Translations under genes and position numbers: made by a program
Notes under the pieces: model-generated
The model's input: the letters and a program-made list of their open reading frames with translations, nothing else
The model's database searches: none
What the model was told of the DNA's origin: nothing
Shown: positions 12,501 to 25,178 of the stretch, piece after piece
How positions within the stretch are numbered: position 1 is the stretch's first letter
Layout: each line of letters opens with the position of its first letter
NCBI GenBank assembly: GCA_040954595.2
Contig: CM082591.2
Coordinates: 8,710,293-8,774,292, forward strand
DNA: 64,000 nucleotides
From: Balanoglossus misakiensis
Lineage: Eukaryota; Animalia; Hemichordata
Direction of reading: 5' to 3'

Positions 12501-14397
12501 TATTCAGTATTTGGTCTAGGCGCTTTCACAGTACATCCAACAACCAATCAGATTGCTTGTTACATCCCATTCACGCATCTCATTACATCTCATTCTAAAC
12601 AACATGGCGGCTTCCAGTGGCAGTGCTCCGAGTCTGAGTGAGAGCGAAGAACGTGCAGTTTTGATTGGCCAGATTATAATGATGTCATCTCATGAATATG
12701 CATTACCAATATGTTCAAATACTAGCGCAGTACTCCATTTTAACCAGAGTACGTGATTTCGATAGTGAAACGAAAGAAATACGTAGTCTGGTGGGGCGAG
12801 AATGCTTCTTTTACTCTCGACGCTGTTTCATCATCATTATGAGTTCAATTTGGGCTATCTCCAAATGCAAACATTTTTTTCTCTAGAAAATGTTTAAACT
12901 GATAAATTTATCTTAAGTAGGTCTTTTTAGGCAATAAATTGCCAAAAACGCAATTTTGACTAGAATGGGGTCAATCAGATTTTTTTTACATAGAATGGAC
13001 TTTTCATACATAATCAGATCTCTGAATATGAAGAAAACAGTTTGTTTTTAGTTTTTTTGTAAAAATGACCTTTTTTGACCTCAAAAATGTGGCCAAAAAT
13101 GGCATTTTTGTATTGATTGGGGTCTAAAAGACTGCTTTATGTTTTATAGTCACCATTTTACACATATAATTGACTTTCCATATATCATCAAATCAATCAA
13201 TATGAAGAGAAGATTGTGTTTTAAGTTTTGTCTAAAAATGACGTTTTTGGGCAAAAAATGGTCAAAAAGGCAATTCTGTCTCGTTTGGGGTCAGTCGGAC
13301 TGCCTTTTTCGTAATATAAACCAAATTTTACATAGAATAGGCATATCATATGTCATCAGATCTTCGAATGTGATGAAAACAGTGTGTTTTTAGTGTTTTC
13401 TAAAAATGACCTTTTTGGGCAAAAAAGTGCCAAAATGGCAATTTTGTCTTGAGTGGGGTCAGTCAGACTGCTTTCTTCGTAATATCAACCAAATTTTACA
13501 TAGAATAGGCATATCATATGTCATCAGATCTTCGAATGTGACGAAAACAGTGTGTTTTTAGTGTTTTCTAAAAATGACCTTTTTTGGGTTAAAAAGTGCC
13601 AAGTGGCAATTTTGTCTTGGGTGGGGTCAATAAGACTGACTTTTTTGGAATCAGCACCATTGTTTACATAGAATGGACTTCACAAACCTTCCTTACCAAT
13701 TTTTTTATTTAAAGGCACCAATCTCCTAGGGTAATAACTTGTCATCATAATCACTAATTGGTAAGGGTACTTGGAAGTATGACGTAATGATGACGTAATT
13801 GATTATTATATCAATTTTTTGCAATAATTAGATACTTTACTCAATCAGCTTTCTGTTGATACCAAACACATCACAGTTTTCATCAGTACAATTGCTCAGA
13901 GACGTGTTTTGCAAAACCTCACATTTATAGGTGAACAGAACACCATTTTCGTAAGGGTATTTTGACTTATGACGTTACTATGATGTCATGATTTGTCATA
14001 TCACTTTTATTTTGTAATTAATGGAAAGCTTGTTTATTAAGCTTTCTTTTGATACCAAATACTTCCCTGTTGTTCTAGGTATACATTCAGAGAGACAGTA
14101 TTTTACAAGACTAATTTACCCCCCTACGTCAATTTATATGCACTTTAGGCTTTCCTACATACGTTACCCAATATAATTTAGAAGCCAATAACTCGAAAAC
14201 GCCCCGGTGCCCAGATGGCAAACAAAGTGAATTTTACTCAGTATATGATAGGCTTTCAGAAAAACATTGTCTCAAAATTTCCCCCGGGGGGGGGGGGGGT
14301 AAACCCCTACTGGCTCATGGTCTAAGACCCTTTCTTCGAAGATGCATGCTGAGCATTCTCTGCTGTGTTATTCTCACCAATTACGCTGATGCATTTC
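9533..14397. mobile_element. ~4.8-kb fold-back (palindromic) composite non-autonomous DNA element
   Basis: Arms 9533-~10930 and ~12985-14397 are reverse complements. Internal terminus tagaccatgagcc at 9606 pairs with ggctcatggtcta ending at 14324. Confidence 0.9.
10199..13728. mobile_element. Fold-back element family B, copy 1 (TAGGAGATAGGTGCC ends, inverted arrays of ~170-bp repeats)
   Basis: The terminus recurs at 17318, 20808 and 25178. The unit anchor ttctatgt recurs every ~150-176 bp. Confidence 0.85.
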
Positions 14398-14500
14398 CGG
14401 ATTATATTCCGTCCTCGCATGGATCCATCGCTCTTGTTGTACCTGTTTCAAGTGTACCATGTGAAAGGGGTTTCAGTACGCCATGTGAAAGGGGTTTCAG
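14330..14500 (+). pseudogene. hAT transposase C-terminal dimerisation domain remnant
   Basis: NYADAFPD....IALVVPVSSVPCERGFS matches the hAT dimer motif; a short tandem duplication repeats PCERGF. Confidence 0.7.
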
Positions 14501-14544
14501 AACCGTATCATGTGTGCGAAATGTAGTCGTCTATCTGACCGTCG

Positions 14545-14612
14545 CGTAGCCCTGCGTACATGTCTGGGTGTTCCCGGCGTTGCGAGCACACAGACCTGTA
14601 CGCAGGGCTACG
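14545..14612. repeat. ~68-bp hairpin / micro-MITE
   Basis: cgtagccctgcgtacatgtctg ... cagacctgtacgcagggctacg. Confidence 0.75.
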
Positions 14613-17317
14613 TGGCGTTGCTAATCTAATGCTGATAAGCTATTCACATGATTCATGGTCCAGCAATGCCCTGTGAGCGCTGCGAGATTTCTATATTGAC
14701 CAGACTGTGGCCATTTTCAATGTAAAGCCGCGAAAAAAATGAATAGTAATCAAACTAAACTCTTTGATGTTATACCCATTTAATATCAAATCTTGTCTGT
14801 TCTGAGTTTACCATTCAAAGTGTTAGACTGCACTGTCATTGATACAGTAGTTATAATTTTGGTTATTTTTTTAATTTTCAGAAAACTTCATGACTTGTGG
14901 CAGTGCATCCATGAAGTTGAAGAAAGAAATTTTGAGAATATGGATACAGATGATCCAGGTGATTTTTCTTTTGGTGATTTTTGTTCTTTTGACAATAATG
15001 ACAATGAACAATCGTCCGAAGAAGAATCCGACAACATGGGTGAATTAAAAGGTCTACAAGATACCGATGCATTTATATATGAAGGTGCTCAAATTAATCT
15101 AGCAACAAGCATGCTTCTTGTACATACATTTGTGCAGAAACATTGCCTCACTTCTGAGGGTACCTCTGAATTGCTACAGCTTTTGCAACTTCATTGTAAA
15201 ACTGGAAACTGTTTACCTAAGACACTGTATTCCTATAAGAAATTTTTTAGTGATATGCAGCAGCCAATGATTTATCACAAGTATTGTTCATATTGTTTAC
15301 TTGGCGTTCAGACACCCGACAGTGTTAATGATAAATGTCAAAATGCAGTCTGTGGGAAAAGTTTGAACGTTGAAGGAGGTATTTCGGTCTTTGTTGAGAT
15401 CCCAATAAAAACTCAGCTTCAGTCACTTTTCAATCGGCCAGATTTTGCTGAACGTTTGCAGTGTAGATTTAAATGGGTCAAACATCAGGCAGGGGCTATT
15501 GAAGACATTTATGATGGCAAACTTTATTCAACTTTAGTTAATGAAGCCATTGTGAAAACAGAATATGATTTAACCTTTATTTTCAATACAGATGGGGCGT
15601 CACCCTTTCGAAGCTCAAAAACCAGTTTATGGCCAATTTATCTTATGATCAATGAATTAACATATTCAGAGAGAAAACGACCTGAAAACATGATCCTGGC
15701 AGGTTTATGGTTTGGCAAAAACAAACCAAAATGTCCCTGTTTTTGCGTCCCACAATTGCATCACTCAAGCATTTGGAACAAGGTGTAAAATTGAACATCC
15801 CAGGTAAGGAAGAGCAGGTGGAGTGTAAAGAGGATATTGTTGGCCACAGTTACTGATTTACCAGCCAGGGCATGCATTTGCTCCATGAACAAGTATAATG
15901 GTGAGTCATCCTGTATTAAATGCCAGCAAACAGGAAAAGTGGTGAAGGTCGGATAGGGTCAACAAGGGTCTTTCCCCCGTGTATGGACAATTTGGATGGG
16001 TCTGCCAGAATTGATGAATCAGTGCAAAATGATTCTGTAAATGTGGTTCAATTAAACAAACCTGTCAATGGCATAAAGGGTCCATCATGGTTGTCACATT
16101 TGTCATCTTTCAGTTTTGTTCGTGGTAATGTGATTGACTACCTCCATGGTGTATGTCTTGGTGTGACTAAACTTTTGCATTCACTCTGGTTTTCTACTGC
16201 ACACACAAATGAAATATTTAGTATTTCAGACAGATTTGATCTTGTCAATAAACGACTTCTTGACATATCACCACCTGATAACATGTCTTGGCTCCCCAGG
16301 TCAATGGATGATTCCAAATACTGGAAAGCATCCGAGTGGAGGAATTGGCTGTTATTCTTTGGTCCAGCTATTCTGAGTGACATATTGATGCCAGAATACT
16401 ATGCACATTTTATGTTATTTTGTGAGGCCATTTTTTTGCTGTTGAAAGAGTCCATACTGAAAGAGGATATTGCACGCAGTAGGGCACTTCTAGCTCAGTT
16501 TGTTGCCATGTTTCCGGTCATGTACAAGGAAAGTGCAATGACTCTCAATGTTCATCAGCTGATCCACCTTCCTGATGATGTTCTGTATGTTGGTCCATTG
16601 TGGTGTGTGTCTTGCTTTCCATTTGAAGATGCAAATGGATTTTTGTTGAAGTTGTTCAATGGCACACAACATATTGAGAAGCAGATAGTACATGCTGTGG
16701 CAGTCATGCAGAAGGTTCCTGAGCTTGTACAATCCACTGACAAGGACAGTGTGGCATATAAATTATACTTCAGACTATCCCAAAAAAAAAATCCAAAACA
16801 CCAAGGCCATTTGCTTGAAAATCAAATATATCTAATAGGATCGTCAAAACTGGAAAAAGAAATACCTCCTCCATACTTGGGTGCAATCAGACGAAAATGT
16901 GTGTACCAGATTGCAAAAATAATCTCTTTCAAACGAATTAAATTAAAGGGGGCAATATTTTTTTCTCAAGCATACTCACGCATGCACTTGAGAAACAGTT
17001 ATACAGTTGAATTTATGCAATCTCACTCAGCAATGTATGGTTTCATTGAACTTTTCCTTCAAGTGAAGCCAATGTGTCAGTGTGTAGGTACCTGTTCCTG
17101 TTTGACTGAAAATTTTGCTAGGGTGCATCATTTGCCAGTGGTACAGAACCACACAAGTGCTGTTTCGTATATGAAGAGAGTGAGCCAAATCACTCCAGGC
17201 AGAATAATTGCTGTGAATCTAAATGATATCAAGAGAAAATGTGTCTTTGTACATGTTAATGATTCAGATTTAGATTTTGTGTGTACAGTGCCAAATACTT
17301 TGGAGAAAGATTTACCC

Positions 17318-20300
17318 TAGGAGATAGGTGCCGTTAATCAGAATTTTTGGTGAGGAAGGTTTGAGAAGTCCATTCTATGTAAAAAATGGTGCTGATTCCA
17401 AAAAGGTCAGTCTTATTGACCCAACTCAAGACAAAATTGCCATTTTGGCCATTTTTAACCCAAAAATTGTCTTTTTTAGAAAACACTAAAAACACACTGT
17501 TTTCGTCACATTCTGAGATCTGATGACATATGATATGCTTATTCTATGTAAAATTTGGTGAATATTACGAAAAAAGTAGTCCGATTGACCCAAAACAACA
17601 CAAAATTGCCTTTTTGACCATTTTTTGCCCAAAAAAACGTCATTTTTAGAAAAAATTAAAAAACACGATTTTCTTCATAATGATTGATCTGGTATATATA
17701 TGGAAAGTCAATTCTATGTTAAAAGTGGTGACTTTAAAATATAAAGCAGTCTTTTTGACCTCAATCAATACAAAAATGCCATTTTTGGCCACTTTTTGAG
17801 GTCAAATAATGTCATTTTTACAAAAAAACTAAAAACAAATTGTGTTCTTCATATTCAGAGATCATTGGATATATGAAATGTCCATTCAATGTAAAAAATG
17901 GTGCTGATTCCAGAAATAGCAGTCTTATTGACCCTACTCAAGAAAAAATACCATTTTTGCCACTTTTTGCCCCAAAACGTCATTTTTAGAAAACACTCAA
18001 AATTTATATATTTTCTTCACTTTCGGAGATCTGATAATGTATTATATGCCAACTCATGTAAATTTGGTGATTATTCCAAAAAAGCAGATTTATTGACCCA
18101 ACCTAATGCAAAAATGCCCTTTTGGAAAGTTTTTGCCCAAAAAGGCCATTTTTAGAAAAAAAAATAAAAATAAACTTTTCTTCATAAAGCTCAGAGATCA
18201 TGTGATATATGAAATGTTCAACCTATGTAAAAAATGGTGCTGATTCCAGAAATAGCAGTCTTATTGATCCTACTCAAGTAAAAATGCCATTTTTGCCACT
18301 TTTTGCCCCAAAAACGTCATTTTCAGAAAACACTCAAAATTTATATATTTTCTTCACTTTCGGAGATCTGATAATGTATTATATGCCCACTATATGTGAA
18401 AAATTTCCAAAAAAGCAGTTTTATTGATGCCACTCAAGATAAAAGTGCCTGTTTGGCAAGTTTTTGCCCAAAAGTGTCATTTCTAGAAAATACGAAAAAT
18501 ATGCCATTTTCTTCCCATTGGTGATCTAATGATAAATAAAAGTAGGGACATTTAAAAAAAAACACACTCTTACTGACCCCACAGAGGGAAAAAAATACCA
18601 TTTTGGCCTCTTTGCTCAAAAAGGTAACTGTTAGAAAAAATAAATTCAAACTTATTCCTTCATATTCAGAGCCCTTGTGATGTATGTAAATTCGTTTTTG
18701 TTTTGTTTTGTTTTTTTGTGTGCAAAAAATATGCTGATACCAGCACAACGGTCTTATTGACAAAATTGCCATTTAGCCATCTTTTGGTCAACAATAGGCA
18801 TTTTCAGAAAACAAATATAATTGATGTTTTTGCCTTTTGTGTTCTGATGTTGTATATGCATATTTAAAACGCCATAACCATATAATATCAATTAAATTGA
18901 TGTTATTGAAAGACAGGGTTGCCACAATTTGGCACATTTAGCCCAAAATTGAACTCAACAATAAGATGATCCATGTATACGCACTGTCTACTATAAGTCG
19001 ATTATGCGTGGTGTGAAATATTTAGGTTCAGATATGCCAGCTCGGGAGAGATTGTTGAAATTTATTCTTTTCAATCTGAATACAAAATCAGAAATTAATT
19101 ATATTATAATTTATACCATGATACCTCCGTCATACTGATTGGACAGGAGTGCAACCCAACGATGCTAGAATACTCAATAGAGCACTGCTAAAACTGGCCC
19201 CTGAACTAGCACGCAGCAGGGAAAATGTGGGCTTAAACCAAATAAACATAATAAATACACTAACATTCCTTGACGTTTTAATTTGGAACTGCTGTATGGG
19301 AATATTTGGGCAATGTGCAATGTATTTTTCTTGAGTAGATCTATTTTTGGTTACAAATAGCCAAAAAGGCAATTTTGACTAGAGTGGGGCAAACCAGACT
19401 GCCGTTTTTGGAATAGTCTCCAAATTTTACACAGAATGGACTTTTCATACATGATCAGATCTCTGAATATGAAGAAAACAATTTGTCTTCAGTTTGCTTG
19501 TTTTTAATGAACATTTTTGACCAAAAAAGTGGCCGAAATTACAAATTTCAATTGAATAGGGTAAGTAAGACTTCTGTTTTTGGAACAGTAACCACGTTTC
19601 AATATAGAATGGGCTTTTATTTATAATAAGATCACCAAAAGTGAAGAAAAGAGAATGCTATTAATATATTCTTAAAAATAACAATTTTGTGCAAAACTTA
19701 GCCAAAAAGGCGATTTCATCATGGCATTTCTGGAAACAACACCTATTTTACAATAAATGTACTTTTCACACATCATAGAATCTCCAAATAAGAATCAAAC
19801 AGTTTGTTTTTAATGATTTTCGAAAAGTGGCTTTTTGGGCAAAAACTTGTCAAAAAAGAACTGTTTCCTTAAGTGGCGCCAGTAAAACTTTTATTTTTAA
19901 TTTTTTCACATAGAGTGGGTATATAATACATCATCATCTCCGAAAGTGAAGAAAATATAAAAGTTTTGGGTGTTTACTAGAAATGACACTTTTGGGCAAA
20001 AACTTGCCAAACGGGCACTTTTATCTTGAATGGCATCAATAAAACTGCTTTTTTGGACATTTTTCACATATAGTGGGCATATAATACATTATCAGATCTC
20101 CGAAAGTGAAGAAAATATATAAATTTTGAGTGTTTTCTAAAAATGACGTTTTTGGGCAAAAAGTTGCAAAAATGGTATTTTTTCTTGAGTAGGGTCAATA
20201 AGACTGCTATTTCTGGAATCAGCGCCATTTTTTTTACATAGAATGGACATTTCATATATCCAATGATCTCTGAATATGAAGAACACAATTTGTTTTTAGT

Positions 20301-20808
20301 TTTTTTGTAAAAATGACCTTTTTTCACCTCAAAATGTGGCCAAAAATGGCATTTTTGTATTGATTGAGGTCAAAAAGACTGCTTTATATTTTAAAGTCAC
20401 CACTTTTAACATAGAATTGACTTTCCATATATCACCAGATCAATCATTATGAAGAAAACCGTGTGTTGTAAATGTTTTCTAAAAATGACGTTTTTTGGGC
20501 AAAAAATGGTCAAAAAGGCAATTTTGTGTTGTTTTGGGTCAATCGGACTACTTTTTTCGTAATACTCACCAAATTTTACATAGAATAAGCATATCATATG
20601 TCATCACATCTCAGAATGTGACGAAAACAGTCTGTTTTTAGTGTTTTCTAAAAAAGACCATTTTTGGGTTAAAATTGCCAAAATGGCAATTTTGTCTTGA
20701 GTGGGGTCAATAAGACTGACTTTTTTGAAATTAGCACCATTTTTTACATAGAATGGACTTCTCAAACCTTCCTCACCAAAAATTCTGATAAACGGCACCT
20801 ATCTCCTG
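17318..20808. mobile_element. Fold-back element family B, copy 2
   Basis: taggagataggtgccg...cggcacctatctcctg ends; ~171-bp units (anchors ~17371, 17542, 17712, 17884, 18053, 18223); central spacer homologous to 11800-12290. Confidence 0.88.
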
Positions 20809-20889
20809 GACTAATTAGATTTTAATATAGGGTTATTTCACAAAATATTGCCATGTACCGGTATGGACTCTGTATGTGGGGTATTGGAT

Positions 20890-21389
20890 CACGGGCGTCA
20901 TGGAACAATAAAGTGTATAGATATTAATAAACTTATCATAAACGCGACGTCCTCAATGAACAAAGAATAAAATATTTCATGGGTTTGTTTGGTGTGGACG
21001 AGAAATGCACTAAAGCTAGGTCAGTGTTAACTTTATGTGCAAAACCACACCGTACGCGTACCTCTTTAGGGGATAGGCACCGTGTGTGTATACGATCTCG
21101 TCTTCAGCAGTAAAGGCGATGTCTACGCATGCGTGCGCGCCCGCAAGTGATCTGTGTACGAACGCGTCTGTCCTGGCTAGCAACGGAGTCGTACGATCGT
21201 CTGCTCCATCACTTCCGCGTTCGGCGGCGCTAGTGCGTTCGCTCGCATATTTTGCGAGTCCAGATGTAGCTAGGCCGTTCGTGAGTGTAGTTCTCGTTCA
21301 CATAAAAAAAGGAATAACATAATTTATTGTGTGTTCGTTTAGACCTATGCTAAATTATCCATACACTTTATTGTTCCATGACGCCCGTG
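20890..21389. mobile_element. 500-bp MITE with 29-bp TIRs and 7-bp TSD (P-like)
   Basis: TIR cacgggcgtcatggaacaataaagtgtat / atacactttattgttccatgacgcccgtg, flanked by direct attggat on both sides. Confidence 0.88.
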
Positions 21390-21819
21390 ATTGGATTTGC
21401 CTACATTAAAGCTTCTCCAACACACTACATACATGGAGTCCTCATTCATAGCCCTATATTACATCTGACTTGATGCAATTGTTTTTGCCAGAATTCAGAG
21501 TACAATTGTTTGACTTGTATACTTACATTCATGATAATGTATAATGTATATTTTGAATGAGTCTGTCACAATTTTCAGTCAGGAGTTCCTGTTTGTAGTA
21601 TTGTTGATACATTGTACTTGGTGAGACATTATAGACTGCCATTTAATTGATTATGTGATTAATAAATAAATCAATTGAATTGAAAATTGTTTTCCTTGTC
21701 ATCTTTTCATATAGCTGTGCGTGCCCACCGAGTATGCCTGCAGTGCCCTATATTTTATATAAATACAAACCCATGCCCTCAACAATACATGTAATCTAAA
21801 TTAATCACTCTTCTTTTTC

Positions 21820-22293
21820 TACTTATGTGAATTCCATAAGAAAAAAACATTATATTCATTAGTCTCATGCAATGCATCATATGAAAAAGATTCTGATTAG
21901 AAATAGTTTGAAGACTTTGAACAAATATTTTTTTTTATCAGAATCTTATAAGAATTTTATTTACTTATAAGAATACTATAAGAATTGTGTTTGCTTAGTA
22001 TTATGTCAAATGTTTGAGCATTGAAAATTTTTACACAATTTTTTTTTCAGATTCTTATAAGAATCAAATTTTCTTATAAGAATCTAATAAGTTTTGTTAA
22101 AAATCTGAACTGAACTTAGAATGTTATAAGAAGTCAACTGATGAATTCTTATACATTTCTCATATGATTCCTTTTAATTTCTTATATGATTCCTTTTCTT
22201 ATAAGTATCTTATATGAATCTTATAAACTTATAAGAATCTTATAAGAATCTTATAAGATTCTTATAAGATCTTATAAGAAGAAACCGTACGGG
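21820..22293. repeat. EnSpm-type subterminal repeat array (palindromic cttataag) and terminus ...ccgtacggg
   Basis: More than 10 copies of (tt)cttataag(aa), ending in a CCC-type terminus downstream of the EnSpm transposase. Confidence 0.65.
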
Positions 22294-23340
22294 TGACATA
22301 CTAATTGAAAGCATTCAACACCCTACGAGGATTCGTGCTATCCTTGTTAGTCTCAGCCAGGTGAAGTCCGGAAATGGGGACTTATAGATTGGGCTCTGCC
22401 TGTGCGTGCATCCGTGCATGTGTCGTTTCACCGACATGCCTGGGTCGATTTTTTTCAAACTTGACACAGGTATGCAACATGTCGCTAAAACGATGAAGTA
22501 GAGGTAAATGAAGGAAAGCAGCGTATCACCAGATCAGATTGTAATCAGATTGATGAGTATCCTGATGTAGGGAATGATTAGACAACACAACATACTGTGT
22601 TCTGTGCCGACTATACTCTTTATTTGTGTCTGACTGACTTTTCGATGGGAGTAAAAGATGTACAGTTTATGTAAGAAAGTATAAAATGAGAAAAATCCTT
22701 TCAATAGAAACAGTGGTGAAAAGAAAGACAAATATCATACTAAAATATTGGCAGCATTTATCGTAATGAGAATGATTTGTCAGTTTTGTAAATGCAAATG
22801 TTTCCACTTCTATTCAATCAAGTATTGTATAAGTAAGATTAGCATTCTTGATAAATATGTTATTCCTTTTTTTTTCATTTTAGTAACGCAAGACAATCCC
22901 TATAAAGTAACGCCATCACTGTCATTCTGGTCCCCCTGGATAGCTCCATGCTCCAGAGGAAGCCAAATTTACAACACAGAATACAAGAAGTGCCCTGGGC
23001 GCTCAACATCTACACATGAGGAAGACTTGGATGATGAGAAAGAACTGACAGAAGAGCTGTTGCTATAGAGTTGCTCTGTGAATCAAAGGTATCACATTGA
23101 AGTGAAAGAATTGCCATAGTTCAGTGTTTTCATTGCACTTGATTTCTTTTAATGTACACATGCCTCAGGCCTAAAAAGCATGAGTTTAATTTTATTTTTG
23201 ATTTCTGTATCCATCTACCGGTATGTCTCTCTGTCACCATCACTGCTTTGCTCCTCCACTGTACTGTTAGCACGCTGAATGTAGTCAATCTGGAGTAAAA
23301 ATGGATGATATCGTGATAATAGTACTTACTTACGCGTTAA

Positions 23341-23526
23341 AGGTATACAGTCACCTACAATTTATATACGCCCATATATGGCTGAAATTGCCTTTTTGAG
23401 GGTTCTAAAGAATGTATGGTGGCGCTCTTTTTTCTGTGTGTGCCACCCACTGAAAATCAGTGATTGGCTAGATCTCAAGTTTACCATAGTAACTTTAGCT
23501 AAATTTCCATAGGTGACCGTATACCT
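23341..23526. mobile_element. Kolobok-type MITE, TTAA TSD
   Basis: ttaa|aggtatacagtcacct ... aggtgaccgtatacct|ttaa. Confidence 0.85.
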
Positions 23527-24029
23527 TTAATAGGACCATAACCCTAAACATAAGCACACTAATGGTAACAATATGAGTCTCCCTGAAGGGCTGTGCATCT
23601 ATTAATTCCTACATTTAATTCACAAATCATTTTGTTCAACAATATATGGGCCTTTCTATCTATGTCATGCCCTGGAGAGACTCTATTTTATGAATGAGCA
23701 CTTACCTGTTCACTAAAATTTGAACAAACCGGTGTTATTCAAAAGTTTGCAAAATAACAATGTACTTCTCAACTCAATTAATTTCTCATCGGCTTTTAGC
23801 TGTTTCAACAGGATTAAGGAATGGACAGTAATGCAAATGTTCAATATAATTTATGAATAAACTGAAATGTGTATTAACTTATGTTCTTGTTCTGCTACCT
23901 CAAGAATGCTGTCTGTTCACAGTAAGTAGTGTTGTTATATTAGTGTAAACTTAGATTTTGCTTTTAAAACAAATGCACTTGAGAGTAGGACAGTCTCCAT
24001 GATTTCCAAGATCCAACCGATGCAAATGA

Positions 24030-25178
24030 TACTTTTTGGGCAAAAACTTGCCAAAAAGGCACTTTTATCTTGAACACATCAATAAAACTGCCTTTTGGGA
24101 TTTTTTTCACATAGAGTGGGCGTATAATACATTATCAGATCTCCGAAAGTGAAGAAAATATAAACGATTTGAGTGCTTCTAGAAATGACGTTTTTGGACA
24201 AAAAGTGTCAAAAATGGCAATTTTGTCTTGAGTATGGTTATTAAGACTGCCATTTCTGGAATCAGCACCATTTTTTACACAGAATGAACATTTCATATAT
24301 CACATGATCTCTAAACTTTATGAAGAAAAGTTTGTTTTTATTTTTTTTTCTAATAATGGCCTTTTAGCCAAAAACTTGCAAAAAAGCCATTTTTGCATTA
24401 TGCAGGGTCAATAAATCTGCTTTTTTGGAATAGTCGCCAAATTTTGCATAGGGTGAGCATATACATGTAATACATTATCAGATCTCCGAAAGTGAAGAAA
24501 ACATATAAGTTTTGAGTGTTTTCTAAAAAGGACGTTGTGGGGCAAAAAGTGGCAAAAATGGCATTTTTTCATTGAGTAGGGTCAATAAGATTGCTATTTC
24601 TGGAATCGGCACCATTTTTTTTACATAGAATGAATATTTTATATATCAAATGATATCTGAATATGAAGTTTTTTTGTAAAAATGACCTTTTTTGACCTCA
24701 AAAAGTGGCAAAAATGGCATTTTTGTATTGATTGAGGTCAAGAAGACTGCTTTATTTTTTTAAGTCACCACTTTTAACATAGAATTGATTTTCCATATAT
24801 CACCAGATAAATCATTATGAAGAAAACCGTGTGTTTTAATTTTTTTCTGAAAATGACGTTTTTTGGGGCAAAAAATGGTTAAAAAGGCAATTTTGTGTTG
24901 TTTTGGGTCAATTGAACTACTTTTATCGTAATATTCACCAAATTTTACATAGAATAAGCATATCATATGTCATCAGATCTCAGAATGTGACGAAAACAAA
25001 GTGTTTTTAGTGTTTTCTGAAAATGACCTGTTTTGGGTTAAAAATGGCCAAAATGGCAATTTTGTCTTGAGTGGGGTCAATAAGACTGACTTTTTTGGAA
25101 TCAGCACCATTTGTTACATAGAATGGACTTCTCAAACCTTCCTTACCAAAAATTCTGATTAACGGCACCTATCTCCTA
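24030..25178 (-). mobile_element. Fold-back family B, copy 3 (right arm only)
   Basis: Same ~170-bp repeats, ending in aacggcacctatctccta. Confidence 0.85.

Larger units (their letters stand above)
6819..17320 (+). pseudogene. EnSpm/CACTA (CMC) transposase: exon 1 6819-7096, exon 2 14882-17320, several frameshifts
   Basis: Exon 2 motifs: FNTDGASPFRSSKTSLWPIYLMINEL, LAGLWFGKNKP, TDLPARA (shifted frame), DYLHGVCLGV, WKASEWRNWLLF, NVHQLIHL, GPLWCVSCFPFEDANG. Exon 1 MTEISRKRVSTSYKRYL..IP resembles animal EnSpm N-termini. The cag|gtacgt donor and ttttcag acceptor are both phase 2. Frameshifts at ~15730, ~15830 and ~15960. Confidence 0.85.

Noticed and set aside
10250-20760. Regularly spaced repeats as a CRISPR-like array
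   Set aside because: The units are contiguous ~170-bp degenerate repeats without unique spacers, no cas genes are present, and the context is eukaryotic.
5829-22295. cacccg...cgggtg as matched TIRs of one EnSpm element
   Set aside because: Only 6 bp match, the subterminal repeats differ and there is no TSD, so the left end remains unproven.
10517-24966. Short ORFs within the fold-back arms (10517, 13139, 17898, 18209, 20064, 20406, 24760)
   Set aside because: They are translations of non-coding tandem repeats, duplicated only because the arms are.
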